A DNA stretch of 64,000 bases from an uncultured Spirochaetota bacterium (GTDB taxonomy: Bacteria > Spirochaetota > Spirochaetia > SZUA-6 > Fen-1364). The translations under genes and the position numbers were made by a program. The notes beneath the pieces were generated by a model. The model was not told where the DNA came from, did not search any database, and was given only the letters and a program-made list of their open reading frames with translations. How positions within the stretch are numbered: the first letter of the stretch is position 1; the number at the start of each line of letters is the position of its first letter. Below, piece by piece: positions 57,977 to 64,000 of this stretch. Where the stretch lies: contig CAWAHW010000006.1 of assembly GCA_963781885.1 (NCBI GenBank), positions 96,001 to 160,000 of the forward strand, written 5' to 3'.

Positions 57977-58161
57977 GTTTTCATCTTACTAGCTTCGATC
58001 ACCGCGTCCAGTACAGCATCATCTGAAAGTACATTATCGACATACCAGTCGATCATCCGTCCAACAGAGCATCCGTTCTGACGGGCGAGGTTGTTCAACT
58101 TGTCGATATTCTCAGGCTTCATTCTGATCTGAAGAAACTTTCTCATTAGCTTATCTTTCAC
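57964..58161 (-). CDS. Small ribbon-helix-helix-like DNA-binding protein
   Basis: KFLQIRMKPENIDKLNNLARQNGCSVGRMID pattern. Confidence 0.5.
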   Translation of the reverse strand: MKDKLMRKFLQIRMKPENIDKLNNLARQNGCSVGRMIDWYVDNVLSDDAVLDAVIEASKMKTYRL

Positions 58162-58164
58162 ACC

Positions 58165-58192
58165 AAAAAAGAGCGGCTACCGATCAGCCGCT
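58165..58192 (-). terminator. Rho-independent terminator
   Basis: GAGCGGCT...AGCCGCTC hairpin plus T6 on the minus strand, just after the 58192 stop. Confidence 0.65.
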
Positions 58193-58455
58193 CAGTCGTT
58201 ATTTTGGCAGATGCTCACTTCCGCTTCGGTTTGAGCACAAGGATGATCGTCCGTGGTGCTATCTCCTGCCCAACTTCCAGAATCCTCGTCATTGAACGCC
58301 GCATCCTCTTTCACAACTACTCGGGTACATCTGAATTCGTCCAGCTTGTGTGAATAACGTGCCATACTGATCGCGCTTGTTTTGTTGTCTGTTCCGCTCT
58401 CCATCGTGAGACTTGTATCCTCACTGACCCGATATACGTTGAACCTTGCCATCAC
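58192..58455 (-). CDS. Phage hypothetical protein
   Basis: GAGGAG RBS; member of the leftward small-gene cluster. Confidence 0.55.
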   Translation of the reverse strand: MMARFNVYRVSEDTSLTMESGTDNKTSAISMARYSHKLDEFRCTRVVVKEDAAFNDEDSGSWAGDSTTDDHPCAQTEAEVSICQNND

Positions 58456-58574
58456 TTCTGCTCCTCTTCGATGAAAGTCCGATGTCCTGGTCGCCCAACC
58501 GCTCGATAGATGTGGATGTGGTCGTCATCCACCAGGTAATACACAATGGTCTTCTGGACTGTCTGCTTGCTCAT
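58452..58574 (-). CDS. 40-aa phage microprotein
   Basis: MSKQTVQKTIVYYLVDDDHIHIYRAVG...; RBS present; stop overlaps the next start. Confidence 0.45.
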   Translation of the reverse strand: MSKQTVQKTIVYYLVDDDHIHIYRAVGRPGHRTFIEEEQK

Positions 58575-58593
58575 CCTTTGCCTCCCATTTCAA

Positions 58594-58621
58594 AAGAGCA
58601 GCCTTCTTAAGGGCTGCTCTT
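58594..58621. terminator. Terminator-like hairpin
   Basis: AAGAGCAGCC-N8-GGCTGCTCTT. Confidence 0.65.
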
Positions 58622-58639
58622 CTCTGTCCAGGCCATCGC

Positions 58640-59354
58640 TTACTTGCCTGCCCTTTCCTTCCTGACGATCTCCTTGGCCTTCTCTCCCAGTTCCTTCTTG
58701 GTGAGCCTCGGTTTCTTGGTCTCGACCTTGACCTCTTCGGTCTTGGTCTCGGCTTCCTTTGTGTCGGTCTCGGCCTTCTCCACTGCCGTGGAAAGCCTTC
58801 GGCTTCTTGGTCGCCTTCAAGGTCTCCTGCTCCTTGGCCTTCGTGACCATCAGTTCGGAGCATTCTGAGCAGAAGTTCTCTGGATGAGCCGAGGCTCCAG
58901 CCGCTTCCCTATAGCTCTTATGGAAGCTGACCTTTTGGTGAGTCTCGCACCTGGCAGCCCAGACGTATTTGGTATCTGGCACTGCCACTCCTGCCTTCTC
59001 GTGGTCGGTGATCTGAGAGGCATTCCAAAGCGTGACCTCCGTGCCCCACTTGGTCTTGTGTCGGCCAATCAGACCTTCGATCCCGTCCCAGGCATTGATC
59101 TTGTTGAACTTCCTAACCTTAGCCTCCTCCTTCGTCGGCTGTTCCAGAGCCTCCTTCGGGTTCTTGGCCTCCTGAGCGGTCTGCTGAGGCGCCTCAACGG
59201 TCGCCGGTGTCGCCACGTCCGTCTTCACGGGCTCGGCCTGTTCGGTGCCTTGCGGGCGATGCAGCTTGAGCTGATCGGACGCCTTCCTGATCCCTGGCTT
59301 CTTCGTTGCCTTTGCCATCTCGGAACCCTCCATCTCTTCTGTCTTCCTGCTCAT
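58640..59354 (-). CDS. Lys/Glu/Ala-rich phage protein with a central C-x2-H / C-x2-C domain (frameshift near 58795)
   Basis: Strong codon bias; CETH...HPENFCSEC; the true tail probably reads ..ETKKPRLTKKELGEKAKEIVRKERAGK*. Confidence 0.6.
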
Positions 59355-59548
59355 CTGCTACACGAGCAGCTATGCGAGCAGGTAAGACATAGTTGTGATC
59401 GCTTTTGGCTTATTCACGACTTATTCATCAACAAACTCTATTATATCCATTTTCTCTAAGTTGTACATAAAAACGTTTCCATTTTTAGCAGAACGTTTTC
59501 GTGTTGCCTGGAATTAGGTTTTGGTGATGAAAAAGAGGTGAGCTAAAA

Positions 59549-59592
59549 AGTTGTGAGCATTTTAGGAGCAAGTTGTGAGCGAGTTATGAGCA
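59549..59592 (+). repeat. Four 11-bp phased direct repeats
   Basis: AGTTGTGAGCA, TTTTAGGAGCA, AGTTGTGAGCG, AGTTATGAGCA. Confidence 0.75.
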
Positions 59593-59625
59593 AGCAACCA
59601 GCGACTACTTATTCGACCGCCGTAT

Positions 59626-59675
59626 AGTCATTCATCCGTATGTTCAGTCATTATCCGTATTTTCAGTCGTTTCAT
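59626..59675 (+). repeat. About 2.5 x 19-20-bp tandem repeat
   Basis: AGTCATTCATCCGTATGTTC, AGTCATTATCCGTATTTTC, AGTCGTTTCAT. Confidence 0.7.
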
Positions 59676-59978
59676 ATATATGAAGAGGTCGGACGGCTTA
59701 CTGGTCTTCATCCCGTCAGGGATGTAAGTCCAGATCTCTCCCTACCTGAGACCCGATCCCCTCGTGTGTGGCGGCGAGAGCAGGACTGAGGTTCAGCGTG
59801 AGTGTGTGACGGCGGCCCCCTGCTGATGGTCTGGCTCAAGCGTGGCAAGGGACTCGGAAGTGGTCAGGGGGGTGATACTGGTCTTCATATAAACTTCTGT
59901 TCGTATCCCGGAGTAGCCTGCCCCGGGGGAGGCATTGCCTCCCACCCCAGAGCCATCCCAGCCGAATAGAGATGACTA

Positions 59979-60423
59979 CTAAAGATCAGCGATGATTTGG
60001 CTGACGAATCCGGATGTGTCGTTTATTTGCTCCTCGGCTAGATGGGCCAGATCTCTCAGCAGCTTTTGGATAACCTCCAAATGAATGCCTTCAACAACTG
60101 ATGGCCGCGCTTCAGGTTTCGGCTGCAAGGCAAGGTAGAAAGTTGTCTCAAGAACCTTTACCAATGGCTCAATACAAAAAAGAAACATCCTACCACCAGA
60201 AGGTGGTCTGACAGAGTATGATTTTGACTTGTCGAGCCTCAACTCAAAGTTTATGTCACCAGTTGTGCGACGACTCATCGACCTCTTTCCTTGCCATAGT
60301 TCTGAATGAAGTCGTATAGAAGAGGGTTGTCTGAGGTGTCCAAAGAAGAAGTCGATGCCACTCCAGCTTCTTCTCCTTTGTAGCCTCGATAAGCTTCTGA
60401 ACGAATTTGTCAACGTCCGTCAT
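59979..60423 (-). CDS. Hypothetical protein, apparently frameshifted; second gene of a moron pair
   Basis: ATG (60423) overlaps the upstream TGA; MTDVDKFVQKLIEATKEKKLEW.. then shifts into the 59979..60413 frame. Confidence 0.45.
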
Positions 60424-60917
60424 CACTGCACCTCTCCTATGCGCTTATCAAACATACTCACCACATAACCGTACCAGCCAACGAACCTGCCATTTTCCCT
60501 TTTGAAGTACTTGTCCAAAGTATTGTAGTTTCGAGATCTGGTATCCATCCTCTTGAAGGCTTGGATGCACGACCACAGCCGAAGACGATCAAACCAACCG
60601 AACAGCTTTCGATATCTCTGTAGTAGCTGGGCGTTAGTGTAGACTTGGCCTATCACGTTTGCATCAACAATGTTTGAACCGACCGAGAAGGCCAGCGTTT
60701 TTTGAAGACTCTGCACTCTCGAGATGCGAAGCTCATTGAAGTCCCGAATATCCGAAAACCTCAGCAAGCGCCTGCGGACTTTTGATGCAACAACCAAGGT
60801 AGCGAACGAGACAAGCAGACCAACGATGCTTGCCCAATTAGCGAGACTCCCGAAATTCTCGGTCATCCACTTCCAAGCCATATATCGATCAGACGTGAGC
60901 CTATCATAGGCTTTCAA
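60423..60917 (-). CDS. Hypothetical N-terminal-TM protein (moron)
   Basis: LANWASIVGLLVSFATLVVA TM followed by a basic helical domain. Confidence 0.6.
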   Translation of the reverse strand: MKAYDRLTSDRYMAWKWMTENFGSLANWASIVGLLVSFATLVVASKVRRRLLRFSDIRDFNELRISRVQSLQKTLAFSVGSNIVDANVIGQVYTNAQLLQRYRKLFGWFDRLRLWSCIQAFKRMDTRSRNYNTLDKYFKRENGRFVGWYGYVVSMFDKRIGEVQ

Positions 60918-61235
60918 GATAGAAAAGGTCGCACGCTGACTTGTATTCGCACTGCTTGACCAACTGCAACTACATCACTCTTCTTCATCTCTCTGAAGGA
61001 TCGTATTACAAACACCTATTCTCACATCGAAGTTTCACCCTTGCATATTTCATCACAAAGATAAGTCTATGACCACAGCACAAGAAGCCAAGAAATTATT
61101 GTTGGACGCCGTTTGCTTGAACTGCGAGTTTTGGACACCAACAGGCAAAGGCCCGTGGTACTGCAAACTGACCGGACGAAGCCAAACATCGTGATGATAG
61201 TTGCATCGAATGGGAGGAGTTTGAAGGAAACAAGA

Positions 61236-61859
61236 ATGCATATGGACGGCAAGCCATCCGCTCCTACTACTGAAGGCCAGAAGCAGACCATCCTTTCAAA
61301 CCGAGAGAATCAATACGTAGATGATCCCGAGAAGCAGTCTCGTGTTGGTGAGTGGCTGAGAGACTGTCTGACCGTAGCAGAGGCAAAAGGTTGTCTCGGC
61401 GTTCCAGGTCTCTCAGAAGACGTGAAGGTAGAGACCTTTGCCGATGCTTTTCCAGAAGATCACTATGTTCAGTCCTATCAGGCCACTCCCACTCCGCAGA
61501 ACCGGAACAAACTCCTCTTTCACATTGCCATTGCCGAGAAGCAGCTACCAGTTGCCTCGACCTTCGCACTCTATGGGCTCACGTCCGAGAGGCTCCTTAC
61601 GAAGTTGGCTCGACACGTTGACAGCAACAAAGATGATGTCTCCCTCAAGGCAATAGAACTCGCACTCAAATACATCCATCCAACAGAGAAACCCATCCGC
61701 GTTTACAAGCAAAACAATACTCAGATCAATGTGCAAGACGACGCCCGCAAGAAAGAACTCATAGACAGGATCTTAGCGCAGCAAACAAAAGGTTTACAGA
61801 AAGTTGGACCAAAAGGACCTCCGTCTTACGACGAACGAGTTATGGAACCTAACGCCTGA
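61236..61859 (+). CDS. Putative terminase small subunit-like protein
   Basis: Immediately upstream of and overlapping terL; LKAIELALKY..NNTQINV helical pattern; positional inference. Confidence 0.5.
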   Translation: MHMDGKPSAPTTEGQKQTILSNRENQYVDDPEKQSRVGEWLRDCLTVAEAKGCLGVPGLSEDVKVETFADAFPEDHYVQSYQATPTPQNRNKLLFHIAIAEKQLPVASTFALYGLTSERLLTKLARHVDSNKDDVSLKAIELALKYIHPTEKPIRVYKQNNTQINVQDDARKKELIDRILAQQTKGLQKVGPKGPPSYDERVMEPNA

Positions 61860-63448
61860 GCAACTTGAAGCGACCCTAATAGAAGTTGAACGAGAGAAAG
61901 TTAGGACAGACCTCTACTACCTCTGCCAAGAATACCTTGGCTACGAGGACCTAAACCCTACCCTCCACCGAGAAGTCACCGACAAGCTAAAGTCTCTCGG
62001 CACGCCACAGACTTCGCTCAAGAAGACATTCCGGTCACGCAAGAAGGCCCAAGAAAACGTCACGGAAGCGCTATTGATGCTTCCTCGTACGCATCTCAAG
62101 TCTGCCATCGCCACAATTGCTTGGCCCATCCAACAGATCCCTCATCAACCCCAACATCACGATCTCCATCACCAACGCCACCTACAACAACGCCGCCATC
62201 TTCCTGAAAGAGATCGCCGAACACCTACAGAACCCACGGCTGGTGGCGCTCTTTCCTGAGATCCTTGAGCCGACAGGAGACGACTACCGCAGAATCGGCC
62301 TCTCGTGGAAGGAAAACACTCTCAACGTCAAGCGAACCAAGATCGTCCGCGGAGAGACCATAGAGGTCTTTGGCATCGACAAGGGCATCACATCCCGTCA
62401 CTTTGACATAATGATCTTCGATGACATTCAGGATGACATCAACTCGGCCACCGCCGAGAGCATCCAGAAAGTCATTTTCAGATACCGAAACTGCGCTTCA
62501 ATCCTCAACCCCGGCGGCATCCGGGTCATCATCGGAACCAGGTGGAAAAAAGGCGACTTCTATGACTGGCTGATGGATCAGGGATACAAGCCCCTCATCA
62601 AGTCGGCCACCGTCAACTTACTGGGCATCCCTTGCTCGATAATGGACCCTGATGCACGGCCGATCTTTCCTGAGATGTTTGCGATCGAGCATCTACGCAA
62701 ACTCCGAAGCGAGCAAGGAGCCTACTTCTATTCCTGCCAATACGAGAACAACCCCCTACCTGATGAGGAAGTCACTTTCAAGAGTGAATGGATCAAGGAC
62801 TACAAGCCTGGAGAAGAACCAGATTTCAAACGCATCTATCTGCTGCTCGACCCTGCGCTCTCAAAGACGAGAACCTCTGACGAGACGGTGCTCTCCATCA
62901 TCGGCCACCCCAAAGACGACAAACTGCCCCTTCACGTTCTGAACTCCAAAGGCATCGGCTACACCAAGACACGTGGAGACGTGAATGTCGTCATAGACGA
63001 GTTGTTTCGGCAGTTTGTCTTTTTCGCGGCTAAGTATGAAGTGACCGTGGGGATAGAAACCGCCGCGTTTCAGGGAGTCTTGAAGCAGTGGGTAGAAAAG
63101 GAGCAACGAGACCGCAAGATCCACTTCACCGTCACTGAATTGAAGACAGGAAACAGGCAGAAGGTAAGCCGCATTCAACGACTACAACCTCTTTTTGAGA
63201 ACGGAGGGATAGTTCTTCATCCGACCAACTGCGGAAGCCTCAAGACGCAACTCCTCGACTGGCCATCCTCCACTCACGACGACCATCCCGATGCTCTGGC
63301 CTATCTGCTCGATGTTTTACAGACATCAGCAGAGATCGAGGTAAGGAACTATATGAACGGAGAGATCGGCGGCGATCCAGATGAGTTGGAAAGTGTGCTT
63401 GGACGAATGGAACTCAGCGGAGCAGGAAAGGACTGGAGAAGTTTCTAA
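61804..63448 (+). CDS. terL: Phage terminase large subunit (frameshift near 62140)
   Basis: LMLPRTHLKS Walker A-like, IMIFDDIQ Walker B, IGTRW motif III, LLDPA, GIET, HDDHPDALAY nuclease motifs. Confidence 0.88.
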
Positions 63449-63498
63449 ACGCCGTCACTTTCACATTCAGCACCACAAAGATAAAGGAGAATACTTCG

Positions 63499-63735
63499 AT
63501 GTCAGACAATATAGGGCCACTTCAGCAGAAACTCATCTCTCTCAGCAAAAACGGGCAGAAGCCGTCCGCGTTAGATCAAGGGTATGCAGTCGCGGCTGAC
63601 AATTACACAAGAGGCGCTATCCAAGATGCATATGACGGGCTGCAGCAGCTCATCAAAGCCCAACCAGATGCGATGAACGACGACAGAGTGAAGTTGCTCT
63701 TGAGGCGATGTGAGATCGCACTGAACTTGAGGTAG
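63499..63735 (+). CDS. Small phage hypothetical protein
   Basis: AAAGGAG RBS; 78 aa. Confidence 0.55.
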   Translation: MSDNIGPLQQKLISLSKNGQKPSALDQGYAVAADNYTRGAIQDAYDGLQQLIKAQPDAMNDDRVKLLLRRCEIALNLR

Positions 63736-64000
63736 ACCCGTGCTCTACGACTTTGAATGCCCTCACTGCAAACACAAGTTTGATGACTTTCGCCCAATCG
63801 AAGAGCGGCATACCGCAACCTGCCCCAAGTGCGGAGAAGTCGCAAAGTTGGTGATGAACTTCAGCAAAGAGGCTGCTCACGCTCACACATTCAAGCCTTA
63901 TTGGGACAAACACATCGACAAGCAACCCGTCTACATCGAAAGCGCTCAACAGAAGCGTGACCTCCTGAAAAAGAATGGGCTTATTCAAACCGAATTCCAC

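Larger units (their letters stand above)
55333..64000. mobile_element. Prophage-like integrated element (left part; continues beyond the window)
   Basis: Abrupt drop in GC content and change in codon style; truncates tonB; many small ORFs, ssb, terminase. Confidence 0.85.

Noticed and set aside
59549-59675. CRISPR array
   Set aside because: Repeats are short and tandem with no unique spacers; no cas genes in the window.
59745-59790. HDV-like/theta ribozyme around CCCTCGT
   Set aside because: I could not form the P3/P1 pairings by eye; needs a covariance-model search.
62130-62150. Programmed frameshift in terL
   Set aside because: No slippery heptamer; it matches the window-wide indel pattern.

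Overview
The window is a GC-rich bacterial chromosome segment, most likely from a free-living spirochaete. This is inferred from a spirochaete-type SSB and an SthK-like channel; it is not proven. Positions 1-55.3 kb are host genes. They include a Pho cluster (phoR-pstSCAB-phoU, a metallophosphoesterase, a Zn-finger microprotein and a GDPD, plus an ABC importer) in which three promoters carry 11-bp-periodic Pho-box repeats. They also include coaX, a CNG K+ channel, TetR-MMPL-LolA-like, pncA, gltA, hisC, rsgA, cobQ, hsp20, a KimA-like permease, a second pstSCABB-phoU operon, and a TonB-dependent receptor with tonB. The strongest finding is at 40.2-44.1 kb. Two copies of a ~120-bp MITE, each with its own 9-bp target duplication, are present, and one has an IS110/IS1111-type element inserted in its terminal inverted repeat. 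The 3' non-coding region of the IS folds into a bridge/seek-RNA-like structure whose four guide segments match the MITE terminus and the IS circle junction. From ~55.33 kb to the window end, a lower-GC prophage-like element truncates tonB. It carries ssb, a DUF6573-like gene, membrane morons, a repeat-rich non-coding block and terminase genes. Many single-base frameshifts suggest long-read indel errors. All family calls are from motif recognition only; no database searches were run.
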